Positions 54,436 to 64,000 of a stretch of DNA of 64,000 bases are shown here, in pieces; the first letter of the stretch is position 1, and every line of letters starts with the position of its first letter. The stretch comes from an uncultured Phycisphaerales bacterium (GTDB taxonomy: Bacteria; Planctomycetota; Phycisphaerae; Tepidisphaerales; Tepidisphaeraceae), in NCBI GenBank assembly GCA_963758525.1, contig CAVWVQ010000003.1:4160001-4224000 (forward strand). The letters are read 5' to 3'. A program made the position numbers and the translations under genes. The notes below the pieces were generated by a model that was not told the origin of the DNA, searched no databases, and saw only the letters and a program-made list of their open reading frames with translations.

Positions 54436-54668
54436 TTCCCCCCTCCCCTGATACTCCGGGGAAGGGCTGGGGCGGGGGTTTGGAGAAACCCGAATGACGA
54501 AACCCGAATCCCCGAATCAATTAATCAATTCCGAATGACGAAACCCGAATGACGAAACAAATGCAATCGTGGAGTCCCGCCCCGCTGATCTCATGCATTT
54601 CATTCGTTCATTCGTCATTCGGGTTTGATTATTTGATTCGGGGATTCTGGTTTCGTCATTCGGATTTC
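54436..54668. repeat. Family C palindrome followed by CGAATGACGAA inverted-repeat hairpin
   Basis: ccctcccctgatactccggggaaggg; gaaacccgaatgacgaaa ... tttcgtcattcggatttc. Confidence 0.8.
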
Positions 54669-54673
54669 ACTGC

Positions 54674-55975
54674 TCAGCTGATCATCCTTCGGAAAACCAG
54701 CGAAGCGTTCTGCCCGCCGAGGCTGTAAACGGTGCTGATCGCCACGCCGATCTTGGCCTCGCGCACTTCGGTGCTCACGTTCAGCTTTCGCTGGTCGATC
54801 ACCTTCCGCGTATTCATCGCGGCTGGAATGTTGCCGTGATGCAAAGAGAGGACAGCGGTGGCTGCGTCAACGCCGCAACCGGCGGCGAGCGAGCCGATTT
54901 GCGCCTTGATCGGCGCGAACGGAATTTTCTCAAGCCCGCCGCCAAAAACACGGTCCATCGCCGCAAGCTCGGCTCGGTCGTGAGATGCGATTCCCAAGCC
55001 ATGCGGAACAATCAGGCCCACATCTGACGCAGACACACCAGCCTCTTTGAGGCTTTTGTTGATCGCGTTGGCATAACTCTTTCCCGAAGGGTCCGGCTCG
55101 GTGATCTTGTACGTGTCCTGGCTCGCGCCGAAACCTGCCAACTCTGCGTAAATCTTCGCGCCGCGGGATTTGGCATGCTCAAATTCTTCCAGAATCAATA
55201 AGCCGCCGCCTTCGGCGACGGCGGTTCCCTCGGCGTCGGCGTCGAACGGGCGCACCGCCTCGACGGGCGAATCGTTGTGGGTTTCGTTGAGCCGATGAAG
55301 CAGCGAATGACGGATCAAACTCATCGGCAGCGCCTTGGTTTCCGCGCCGCCGCAGATCGCCAGCTCCGCGTCGCCGCGCCCAATCGTTCGGAACGCCTCG
55401 CCGATCGCGAGATGGCTGCTGGCATCGGCGCAGGTGATGGTGTTGCTCGGTCCCTTCAGCTCGTGAACGATTGTCACGTGACACGAGAGCATGTTGGGCA
55501 AATATTTCAGCAGCCAAAGGGGCGTGAGTTGTGCCATCCCGACGCCGCCCCATTTCGCGAGATCCAGCTTGTTGCCTGCACGGGCGGCGTGCATCGCGGC
55601 GGTCAGCTCGGCGAGATCGACATTGATCAGGCCCGCGCCGATGTTGCAGCCGAAACGTGTCGCGGGAATCGTGGGAGTGTCGGTGTAGGCGCGCGATTGC
55701 AGCCCGGCGTCGCGGAACGCGTCGTCGGCGGCGATCACCGCCAGCTCGATGTCGCGGGCCATCACCTTCGTTGCTTTGCGATAGCTCTTGGGAACGTAGT
55801 CGCTGATTTTGTAAGGCGGGACTTCGCCGCCAATTTGCGAGGCAAAGCCCGACGGGTCGAACGCAACGAGTTTGCGGACACCCATTTGTTTCGCGAGCAG
55901 GTTGTCCCAGAACGCGCGCGTGCCGATCCCGATGGGGGAGATGATGCCGATACCGGTGACGACGACGCGGCGCAT
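54674..55975 (-). CDS. Ketosynthase-like protein lacking catalytic residues (chain-length-factor-like)
   Basis: KS fold, but TITCADASS puts Asp at the catalytic Cys position and KAQIGSL lacks the second His. Confidence 0.8.
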   Translation of the reverse strand: MRRVVVTGIGIISPIGIGTRAFWDNLLAKQMGVRKLVAFDPSGFASQIGGEVPPYKISDYVPKSYRKATKVMARDIELAVIAADDAFRDAGLQSRAYTDTPTIPATRFGCNIGAGLINVDLAELTAAMHAARAGNKLDLAKWGGVGMAQLTPLWLLKYLPNMLSCHVTIVHELKGPSNTITCADASSHLAIGEAFRTIGRGDAELAICGGAETKALPMSLIRHSLLHRLNETHNDSPVEAVRPFDADAEGTAVAEGGGLLILEEFEHAKSRGAKIYAELAGFGASQDTYKITEPDPSGKSYANAINKSLKEAGVSASDVGLIVPHGLGIASHDRAELAAMDRVFGGGLEKIPFAPIKAQIGSLAAGCGVDAATAVLSLHHGNIPAAMNTRKVIDQRKLNVSTEVREAKIGVAISTVYSLGGQNASLVFRRMIS

Positions 55976-56010
55976 GTGCGAATGATAGAACGCGGAAGCC
56001 GGAAGTGAAA

Positions 56011-56493
56011 TCAGATACTGATCTTCCCTTCCAGGCGATACGTTCGCAGCAGTTCGGTGAACTGCTCGGTAAAGACAAAGTTATGCTCGGGAAACTCCAG
56101 TCCCGCGAGGTTCTGATCGATGTGGCTGAACATCAATTCGATATCCGCCACCGCCTCGCCGCCGCAGGTCACCTGCCCGTTGATCGACGCACCCTGCTCG
56201 GAGAGTTGCTCGATCTTCGCTGAGAAAACGATCGTTTCACCCGGCCGGACGAGGCGGTGGAACGTTGCCTTTCCGATCTTGGCGAGAATGACTTTTTCGG
56301 CGAAGTTGCGCGCTTCGCCGACCAGAATTCCCGCGGTCTGGGCCATTCCTTCCACGATCAGGCTGTGCGGAACGATCGGAAACGCGGGATACAAATCGTG
56401 CAGGTGCTCCTCGGCAAGCGTGACGTTCTTCACAGCCGTGGCGGAAACCCGCGGCGTGAACTCAACGAACTTGTCGATCCAGATCCAACGCAT
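56011..56493 (-). CDS. FabZ/FabA-like hotdog dehydratase, catalytic His apparently absent
   Basis: IDK...AVKNVT..E, HDLYPAFPIVPHSLIVEGMAQ, VRPGE. Confidence 0.8.
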   Translation of the reverse strand: MRWIWIDKFVEFTPRVSATAVKNVTLAEEHLHDLYPAFPIVPHSLIVEGMAQTAGILVGEARNFAEKVILAKIGKATFHRLVRPGETIVFSAKIEQLSEQGASINGQVTCGGEAVADIELMFSHIDQNLAGLEFPEHNFVFTEQFTELLRTYRLEGKISI

Positions 56494-56541
56494 CTCAAAC
56501 CCGAGGATGAATCCCGCCCTATGGGGAACTCGAAGCCGTTG

Positions 56542-56958
56542 CTACGCGGCAACGCCCATCTTGGCGGCCATGTAGCGGGTGATCAGGTCGACCGTCATGA
56601 GCGATGATGCTTTGTCGATCTCCGGGTCTTTCTCAAACTCTGTCAAATCGCAGTACGGCATCCGGCGTTTCAGCTCGGCAAGTCCCTCGGCGGTGACTTT
56701 GCCGTTGGTGACGAAGCGGGGGTCGTTCTGCATGGTCTGGAGGTCTTCGGGAAACAGCTCGTTCTTGGGAATCTGAAACGGCTTGGCCGGATCCGTGGTG
56801 AACGCCTTCTCCAGCCGAAACTGAATGTCGAGGTAGTCGATGCTCTCAGCCCCCAGGTCGCCGTTGAGGGTGGCGGTTGGCGTGACTTCCTCTTCATCGA
56901 CGCCCAGCGCGTCCACCAGCACTCCCTGCACCTTTTTGTACACTTCGTCGTAGGTCAT
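56542..56958 (-). CDS. Acyl carrier protein with large internal insertion
   Basis: DLGAESIDYLDI (phosphopantetheine Ser); about 138 aa. Confidence 0.88.
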   Translation of the reverse strand: MTYDEVYKKVQGVLVDALGVDEEEVTPTATLNGDLGAESIDYLDIQFRLEKAFTTDPAKPFQIPKNELFPEDLQTMQNDPRFVTNGKVTAEGLAELKRRMPYCDLTEFEKDPEIDKASSLMTVDLITRYMAAKMGVAA

Positions 56959-57033
56959 GTTCCATTCCCTTGGTAAAGCCATCTCTCATCGACACAACAA
57001 GCGCAGCACCGCCGAATCAGGGGCAAGATTCAC

Positions 57034-57094
57034 GGAGGGCGGGATTCATCCCGCCATCATTCCGCCAACCGCGGCGGGATGAATCCCGCCCTAC
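57034..57094. repeat. REPIN family A (half copy also at 56505-56522)
   Basis: ggagggcgggattcatcccgcc...ggcgggatgaatcccgccctac. Confidence 0.8.
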
Positions 57095-57120
57095 GGGAGA
57101 GTCGTTTCTCCCGCCGACCG

Positions 57121-57621
57121 CTAAGCCGCACCCAGCCCCAGCGGCGTGCTCAGCGAGCTTGGTCGAATCAGCTCCCATCGACGCTGGTTGTGCTCGCAGA
57201 GGCGCCGGTCGATTGTTGCGAGCTGGGGGTTTTTCTCTTCGAGGTTGAACAGCGCCAGCTCGAATCGCATCTGCACGGCCTGTTTCTCTCCGACCGATCC
57301 GATCGCTTTCAATGATGCGCCGGCTTCGGTGGTTTTCAGAAGCTCGACTTCCATCCGAAGGAAGTTTCCCGGCGCGACAAACGTGCCATATTTCACGTTT
57401 CTTGCTTCGCGCAGCACGCAGATGGACTTCGCGAAGCCGGTGCGGTTGTAGAGCAGCCAGCTTCCTGACTGAATCGCCGCTTCCAGCATCAACACCCCAG
57501 GCAGCACCGGAAATGTCGGAAAGTGATCGGCCAGATACTCCTCGGCCAGGCTCACGTATTTGACAGTCACGATGCGCTGATCGCTGATCTGCTCGACTTT
57601 ATCGACAAGATTGAACTTCAC
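57121..57621 (-). CDS. FabZ-like 3-hydroxyacyl-ACP dehydratase
   Basis: FNLVDKV, EYLADHFPTFPVLPGVLMLEA, FVAPG. Confidence 0.85.
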   Translation of the reverse strand: MKFNLVDKVEQISDQRIVTVKYVSLAEEYLADHFPTFPVLPGVLMLEAAIQSGSWLLYNRTGFAKSICVLREARNVKYGTFVAPGNFLRMEVELLKTTEAGASLKAIGSVGEKQAVQMRFELALFNLEEKNPQLATIDRRLCEHNQRRWELIRPSSLSTPLGLGAA

Positions 57622-57964
57622 GCGTCCTTTTCCCGAAGTCCGAAGCGACAACTTGTATCGGTGGCGGGGGAGCATTTCAAGCGGAGGGCTTGGGGTTGGG
57701 GGTTTAGGGCTCGGTGAAAAGACAGGGCAACTTCGGATTTGATTCTGGTTTGTGGTTTCGTCATTCGGGTTTTGGCTTTCGACTCTGCTCGGAGCCGAAG
57801 AGGACCCGAAGAGGCCGGAAGAGGCCACCACCCGAAGAGGCCATTTGACGCCCCCTCACCCCTCCCGTACCATCGACCACCTTCCCGTAGGTTGGAGCGG
57901 ACGGTCAATTTCGCAACTATCGACGGGGGCAAATTTTACGCATCGGCGGAGCGTTTGAACCGGC

Positions 57965-58714
57965 ATGTTTGCCATCGTCAGCGATATTCACGCAAATCTT
58001 GAGGCGTTTACCGTCGTCCTGCAGGAAATCGACCGGCGCGGGATTCAGCACATCGTTTGTCTGGGCGACATCATCGGTTATGGCCCAAATCCGATGGAGT
58101 GCATGGACCTCGTGCAGGCGCGCTGCCGGGCGTCGCTGATGGGCAATCACGACTTCGCGGTGCTCTACGAGCCGTTTAACTTTAACGCCGGAGCGGAAGC
58201 GGCGAGCTTCTGGACGCGGCGATGTTTCGAGAACGATCCTGATTCTCTCCGGCGGGCTCGGCGCTGGCGATTTGTGGGCAATCTCCCGGTGCGGATCAAG
58301 ACGCCCGAGTTTGTCGCCGTGCACGCTTCGCCAAGACGGCCGGTCAACGAATACATCTTTCCGGACGATATTTACACGAATCCGGGGAAGTTCGTCAGCA
58401 TCTTCGAGCGGTTCGACCGACTCTGTTTTGTCGGCCATACGCACGTGCCGGGGGTCTTTCTGGAAGGCCCTGATTTTTATAGCCCCGATGAGCTGGACAA
58501 TAAGTTCGAATTGACCGACGAAAAGGCCATCATCAACGTCGGCAGCGTGGGTCAGCCGCGCGACCGCGATCCGCGAAGCAGTTTCGTGGTGGTTTCGGAC
58601 AAGGACATCGAGTTTGTGCGTTTGAATTACGACGTTGCGACCACGGTGAAGAAGGTCGAGGCCATTCCCGAGCTGGATAATTTTCTGGGCACGCGCCTGT
58701 TGGACGGAAGATAG
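57965..58714 (+). CDS. Metallophosphoesterase (calcineurin-like)
   Basis: SDIHAN, LGDIIGYG, GNHD, VHAS, GHTH, NVGSVGQPRD. Confidence 0.92.
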   Translation: MFAIVSDIHANLEAFTVVLQEIDRRGIQHIVCLGDIIGYGPNPMECMDLVQARCRASLMGNHDFAVLYEPFNFNAGAEAASFWTRRCFENDPDSLRRARRWRFVGNLPVRIKTPEFVAVHASPRRPVNEYIFPDDIYTNPGKFVSIFERFDRLCFVGHTHVPGVFLEGPDFYSPDELDNKFELTDEKAIINVGSVGQPRDRDPRSSFVVVSDKDIEFVRLNYDVATTVKKVEAIPELDNFLGTRLLDGR

Positions 58715-60784
58715 ATGGAACGAAAGCCGTTGGTTCTCGGGATGCTGGCCGTCGGGCTGTTCCTGGCAGCGTGGTACGGCGTGATGCGCTATGTCGACCG
58801 CGTGCATCCGGAATATGCCGCCGAAGAAGCGGCAATGGAAGCGCAGACCCAGCATCCAACCACGGCGCCCAGCATCACGCCTCAGGCGCCCGCGCCCGCG
58901 TCGAAGTCTTTGAGCGCATCGACCATGCCGACGATGTCGGCGGCTGCCGCCGGCCTGCATTTCTCCGCGCCTCCTGCCGGCCCCGGCGTCGCGATTCTCG
59001 GTTCCGATCACGAGAAGGATCTCAACTACGCGATGCAGGTTGTGCTCTCCTCCAATGGGGCGGGCATTGCAAAGGTGACGCTCAATCAGTTTCATCAGAC
59101 GGTGCGGGGGACTGAGCTGTATTCCTTTCAGCAACCTTATGAAGACCATCCCGAAACCAGTCCGCTGGCAACTCGAAACCTCACCATCGACGGGAACACC
59201 GTCGACACCAGCGGCGGATGGAGTCTCGACCATTCCGATGCTTCTTCAGCGACTTTCAGTGAGCTTCTTGCCGTCGGAGAGAATCGTGTCGCGCGCCTGA
59301 CCAAGACGTATCACCTGCCCGATATCGCATCCAGCGCGAAGGAGAGCCAGGGATATGAGTTGCAACTGGACTACTCGATCGAAAACCTCACCGATCATGC
59401 GATTGCCGTGAAGACGGACGTGAACGGGCCGACGGTTCCGCAGAAAGAGGTCGAGCGCGGGACCGACCAGCAACTCCTGGTCGGCTACAAGAACGGCGGG
59501 GCGATCAAAGTTGCGCAGCATCCCATCGAAGAGTTCCGGAAGACTCCGTTGCAGGATCTGACTCGCAGCGGCGATACCACCGCGGCCTGGGCAGGAACGG
59601 CCAGCGTTTACTTCAACGCGCTGCTGCTCACCGAGGCTTCGCCCTCCGCGACGAAGACCGATTACGCGATCAATGCCGAGAATCTCGCCGCCGGCGACAG
59701 CACAAGCTCTTCAGTGGCGATGACGTTTCAGACCGGCGAGATCAAGCTCCCCGCTGCCGGCAAGGCGCTGCTTCCCCTCTGCGCGTTCTTCGGCCCCAAG
59801 GAACGTAAGCTCCTGGAGACTCCTTACTATTCAAGTTTTCCCCGGCAATACAACGAAACCCTGGTGATTGCCAGTGGTTTCTGCGGCGTTTGCACGTTCC
59901 CTTGGCTGATCAGCGTGCTCGTGGCCATGCTCAGCTTCTTCCATCTGATCTTCCGCGATTGGGGCATCGCCATCATCTGCCTGGTCATCATCGTGCGGGT
60001 TCTGCTGCATCCCATCACCAAGAAGTCGCAGGTTCACATGATGCGCATGGGCAAGATGGGCCCGGAGATGGAACGGCTCAAAAAGAAGTACGGCGACGAC
60101 AAAGACGCGCTGAACAAGGCGATGATGTCATTCTACAAGGAGCAGGGGATGGCCCCCGTGCTCGGGTGCCTGCCGATGTTCCTGCAGATGCCGATCTGGA
60201 TCGCGCTCTGGAGCGCGCTGCAGAGCACTTTCGAGTTGCGTCACTCGCCGTTTCTCTTCGTCCATCTGGGAAACTTCGCAATGCATTTGACGTGGATCAA
60301 GGATCTGGCCAATCCCGATGCGCTCATCCGGTTCGCTCCAATTCACATCTTTGGCTTTGACCTCGATTCTCTCAATATTCTCCCGCTGCTGCTGTCGGTT
60401 GTCTTCTATTTTCAGCAGAAGTTCACGCCAAAGCCGATCACGACCACGCCGGAGCAGGCGCAGCAGCAGAAGATGATGACCTGGATGTCGACGCTGATGT
60501 TCCCGATTTTTCTGTACAAAGGCCCGGCGGGTTTGAATCTCTACATTCTGACCAGCACCACGATCGGCATTATCGAGAGCAAGATCATCCGCGACCACAT
60601 CAAGCAGCGCGAAGAGGCGGAAAAAGCCGGCCGGGTGTTCATCGACACCAAGCCCACGCGTGCCGCGCGCCGCAAAGACGAGAAGGACGAGCCGCCAGTG
60701 AAAAAGACCGGCATCATGGCCTGGCTCGCCGATCTCCAGCAGCGCGCCGAAGACCTCCGCCGACAGGCGGATAAGGGGAAGTGA
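58715..60784 (+). CDS. yidC: Membrane protein insertase YidC
   Basis: FFGPK, WGIAII, GCLPMFLQMPIW, WIKDL, PAGLNLY. Confidence 0.93.
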   Translation: MERKPLVLGMLAVGLFLAAWYGVMRYVDRVHPEYAAEEAAMEAQTQHPTTAPSITPQAPAPASKSLSASTMPTMSAAAAGLHFSAPPAGPGVAILGSDHEKDLNYAMQVVLSSNGAGIAKVTLNQFHQTVRGTELYSFQQPYEDHPETSPLATRNLTIDGNTVDTSGGWSLDHSDASSATFSELLAVGENRVARLTKTYHLPDIASSAKESQGYELQLDYSIENLTDHAIAVKTDVNGPTVPQKEVERGTDQQLLVGYKNGGAIKVAQHPIEEFRKTPLQDLTRSGDTTAAWAGTASVYFNALLLTEASPSATKTDYAINAENLAAGDSTSSSVAMTFQTGEIKLPAAGKALLPLCAFFGPKERKLLETPYYSSFPRQYNETLVIASGFCGVCTFPWLISVLVAMLSFFHLIFRDWGIAIICLVIIVRVLLHPITKKSQVHMMRMGKMGPEMERLKKKYGDDKDALNKAMMSFYKEQGMAPVLGCLPMFLQMPIWIALWSALQSTFELRHSPFLFVHLGNFAMHLTWIKDLANPDALIRFAPIHIFGFDLDSLNILPLLLSVVFYFQQKFTPKPITTTPEQAQQQKMMTWMSTLMFPIFLYKGPAGLNLYILTSTTIGIIESKIIRDHIKQREEAEKAGRVFIDTKPTRAARRKDEKDEPPVKKTGIMAWLADLQQRAEDLRRQADKGK

Positions 60785-60789
60785 AAACT

Positions 60790-60918
60790 GGTGATTGGTG
60801 ATTGGAGCGTGACGGGAGGGAGGGAGGGACAAGGGACAAAAGGACAGAGGGACAGAGGGGAAGAGGGAATAACATGAGGGTGCTCGCGAGCGGTACGGTA
60901 GTAGCTTGCCCTTCGTGG
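60790..60918 (+). repeat. Two-motif dispersed element with (GGGACAGA)-type middle
   Basis: Inverted homologue at 62434-62552. Confidence 0.8.
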
Positions 60919-60991
60919 ACGATGCGGGTGATCGGGGGTCTGGGGCGTCGATCGCGGGATTAGCGCCTGACTCCTGACTCCTTCCCCCCAA

Positions 60992-62347
60992 ATGCTCCCC
61001 TCCGACACCATCGCCGCCCTCGCTTCTTCGGCGTTTCCAGCCCCGCGCGCGATCGTTCGTCTGTCCGGGCCGGCGACGTTTTCCGTCGCCGCGCACGTCG
61101 TTGCGGGGCTTGCTCGAGCCGCCGGCGCTTCACCCGCGCGGCTCTGCGTTCGCGGGATGCAAATCCCTGCCACGCTCTACCGGTTCATCGCGCCTCGAAG
61201 TTACAGCGGCCAGGACGTAATTGAATTTCATATCCCCGGCAATCCGCTGCTCACGCAAATGCTCCTCGAAGAACTCCTCAAGCTTGGCGCCCGCGCCGCC
61301 GAGCCGGGGGAATTCACCGCCCGAGCCTATTTCAATGGCCGGCTCGATCTCACGCAGGCCGAGGGCGTTGCTGCCGCGGTGTCCGCCCAGAGCGAGCGGG
61401 AATCCGCCGCCGCCCGGCGTCTGCTTGCGGGAGAGCTGACGCGCCGTCTGGAGCCGATCATCGATCTTGTCGCGCAGACCCTGGCTCTGCTTGAAGCGGG
61501 GATCGATTTTTCGGAGGAGGACGTCTCATTTCTTCCCGCCGAAGCGGCCCGATCGCGGATCGACTCCGCCGCCGAACAGTTACGCGGGCTGCTGGCCGAA
61601 AGCGTTCGCTTTGAACGGCTCGCGCACGAGCCCACCGTGGTCCTGGCGGGTCGTCCCAACGCGGGCAAAAGCACCCTCCTCAACGCCCTGGCCGGCAGAC
61701 ACCGGGCCGTTGTCTCACCCATCGCTGGTACGACGCGCGATGCGATCTGGACAACCGTGCGCCTGCCACGCGGCGCCGCGCGCGTCAGCGATATCGCCGG
61801 CATCGACGACGCCGATGCCGCTACTGATATCGAACGGCAGATGCGCCGCCAGGCGCTGCGGGCCATCGAGAGTGCCGACGTTCTGGTGCTCGTCGTGGAT
61901 TGCTGCGACGACCGTGCGCCCATCACCTTATCGCGAAGCGCCGATTTGCTGGTCCACACGAAGTCCGACCTTGGCCGGCAGGCCACGTCGTCCGTTCGAT
62001 GCGGCGTTGCACGGCCTCTTTCCGCGGCGGCGCCAGTTGCACTTCACGTGAGCGCGCTGACCGCGGACGGCCTCGACGCGCTACGAAGTGCGATCGATCG
62101 TGCCGCGTTTGGTGGCGTGTTTGATTCGTCGGCATCGCTGGCGCTCAACTCCCGTCACGTCGCGGCCGTTGAAGCCGCGCTAGCGGCGCTTGCCGGCGCG
62201 CGCGCGACGCTTGCGGATTCTGCTGGGGATGAACTAATCGCTCTTGAGCTCCGAGAGGCTCTTGACGCCCTCGGCTCCATTTCCGGTCAAGTCACGCCCG
62301 ACGACGTTCTCGGCAGAATCTTCAGTTCCTTCTGCATCGGAAAGTGA
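60992..62347 (+). CDS. mnmE: tRNA modification GTPase
   Basis: DTIAA, PRSYSGQDV, AEPGEFTARAY.NGRLDL, GRPNAGKS, GTTRD, terminal FCIGK. Confidence 0.93.
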   Translation: MLPSDTIAALASSAFPAPRAIVRLSGPATFSVAAHVVAGLARAAGASPARLCVRGMQIPATLYRFIAPRSYSGQDVIEFHIPGNPLLTQMLLEELLKLGARAAEPGEFTARAYFNGRLDLTQAEGVAAAVSAQSERESAAARRLLAGELTRRLEPIIDLVAQTLALLEAGIDFSEEDVSFLPAEAARSRIDSAAEQLRGLLAESVRFERLAHEPTVVLAGRPNAGKSTLLNALAGRHRAVVSPIAGTTRDAIWTTVRLPRGAARVSDIAGIDDADAATDIERQMRRQALRAIESADVLVLVVDCCDDRAPITLSRSADLLVHTKSDLGRQATSSVRCGVARPLSAAAPVALHVSALTADGLDALRSAIDRAAFGGVFDSSASLALNSRHVAAVEAALAALAGARATLADSAGDELIALELREALDALGSISGQVTPDDVLGRIFSSFCIGK

Positions 62348-62433
62348 TGCGCGAGAACCGAGGAATCGGAAGCCGCAATGGATTGAGTCGCTTGCGGTGT
62401 CGTCCCGGCACGCTGCGGTCGTTTTCTTTTGTG

Positions 62434-62552
62434 CCGCGAAGGGCAAGCCACTACCGTACTTCTCGGCGAGCAGCTCAAATCATTCCCTCCGTCCCTTTGT
62501 CCCGTTCGTCCCTCCGTCCCTCTGTCTCGTCACGTTCCAATCACCAATCACC
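62434..62552 (-). repeat. Two-motif dispersed element, inverted copy
   Basis: Reverse complement ggtgattggtgattggaacgtgacg...gtacggtagtggcttgcccttcgcgg. Confidence 0.8.
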
Positions 62553-62639
62553 TCCCTCCGATTGCACTGCCTCTGAGACTCTTGCACAGAACTGCCGGCA
62601 AAGCGATAGTGGGTCCGCTCATCAACCCAGGGAGGTTTT

Positions 62640-64000
62640 GTGGAGAAACGCATTGCATTCTGTCTGATCGCTTTGCTCCTTCCATCCAGTGCGTTTGCCC
62701 AGGCGCTGGCGGATCGCGTGCCGGCGGACGCAACGGTCTACATTGGGTGGAAGGGAACGGATGATCCGGCGCGGGGTACGCGCAGTCGCATCTCAAGGCG
62801 ATGGTCGATGCCTCCAACATCGCGCAGCTGATGCACGAAACGGTTCCGCGGATCATCGAAAAATTTGGCGGGTTCAATGAACAGATTGGCGACGCGGTGC
62901 GCCTGCTCGATACGGTGGGCGGGGCGATGTGGCGGCATCCGTCGGCAATGTTCATCGGAAAAATCGAGCTGGCCAACGGGCAGCCCGCTCCGCCGCATGT
63001 GGCAATCCTTTGTCAGGCCGGGGCCGACGCCGCGGCGCTGCAGGCCGCACTGCAGCAACAGTTGCAGAAGACTCCCTCGCCGCTGCCGGCCGAGGTTTCG
63101 CGCATTGACGATCTGGTGGTTCTGGCGATCGACTACGGCCAGGGCGAACTCGCGCTGCCCGGTGGACATGACGGCAAGTCTCTGGCGGAAACCGCGGCGT
63201 TTAAGCAAACGCTCGCTCAAGTTGGGAGCGACCCAACTTTCGCCGCGTATCTGGACGGCGAGGCGCTGGTGAAGTTCGGCGATGACTTTGCAGTGGCGTC
63301 AACCGATCCGCAGGCGAAGGAGAACTGGCCGAAGGTGCGCGACCAACTGGGTCTTGCGGGATTGAAGCAGATCGCGTTGACCAGCGGCTTTGACGGAAAA
63401 GGCTGGGGGACGCGCATTTTCGTTGGCGCGCCGGAGCCGCGCAGCGGAATGCTCGCGGCGATGGACGCCAAGCCGCTGCCTGACGCGCTGCTGGCGATCA
63501 TTCCGCAAAGCGCCACGCTCGCGGGAGCGGGCCGGCTCGATCTGGCCAGGATCGTCGAAGCGATGCGATCGGCCGCAACGGCGATCGATCCCAATGTCGG
63601 CCAGCAACTCGACGGCGCGCTGCAGATGATCTCACAAACCGTGGGCGTCGACGTTCAGAAAGAGCTGCTGCCGACGTTCGGCGGCGAATGGGTCTATTAC
63701 GTCGATCCGCTCACCGCCGGCAAGAGCACCTCCGGAATTGCCATCATCAACCATCTCCAGGACCCGGATCACGCGCAGGCGACGCTGGAGAAATTGCAGG
63801 ACGGCCTGCAGCAGATCGCCGTGCAACAGCTTCAGGGAAAACCGATCAGCATCGCTTTCCGTAAAACGAAAATCGGCAACACCGAAGTGAACTATCTGGC
63901 GGTTCCTCTGATCACTCCTTCCTGGGCGATCCAGGACGGATACCTCTGCATCGGGCTGTATCCGCAGATCGTGGCTGCCGCTGCCGAGCAAATTGCCGGG
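62640..64000 (+). CDS. Large secreted hypothetical protein, runs off window end; frameshift ~62770
   Basis: Signal peptide then ALADRVPADATVYIGWKG; a long open frame continues to the window end. Confidence 0.6.

Noticed and set aside
54485..54668. CRISPR array in the repeated CGAATGACGAAACC segments
   Set aside because: Repeats are short, degenerate and inverted, with no regular unique spacers and no cas genes

Overview
GC-rich bacterial chromosomal segment, most consistent with a planctomycete (Phycisphaerae/Tepidisphaera-like). The evidence for this is a Planctomycete extracellular 'ETLEGRLLMS' motif, a Minf_1886-type protein, a long planctomycete-type ACP and an FHA-GAF kinase. It is mostly housekeeping and transport genes (thyX, iscS, hpt, purD, ilvC, hemB, sthA, acs, adk, efp, rhlE, yidC, mnmE, pitA, TolC, ABC efflux). 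About 15 genes are split by single frameshifts that look like long-read indel errors. Most notable: (1) a five-gene type II FAS/PKS-like cluster in which both the ketosynthase and the dehydratase occur as an intact plus catalytically degenerate pair, around an ACP with a large insertion; (2) a rich set of intergenic repeats, including GTAG-footed REP/REPIN families, inverted short-tandem-repeat hairpins and a ~120-nt two-motif element found three times, twice inverted around mnmE; (3) matching Pho-box-like arrays upstream of phnD and pitA; (4) a secreted peroxidase-cyclooxygenase-family heme peroxidase; (5) an orphan eutC and two toxin-less antitoxins. No rRNA, tRNA, CRISPR array or intact transposase was recognised. 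All calls come from reading the sequence, with no database searches.
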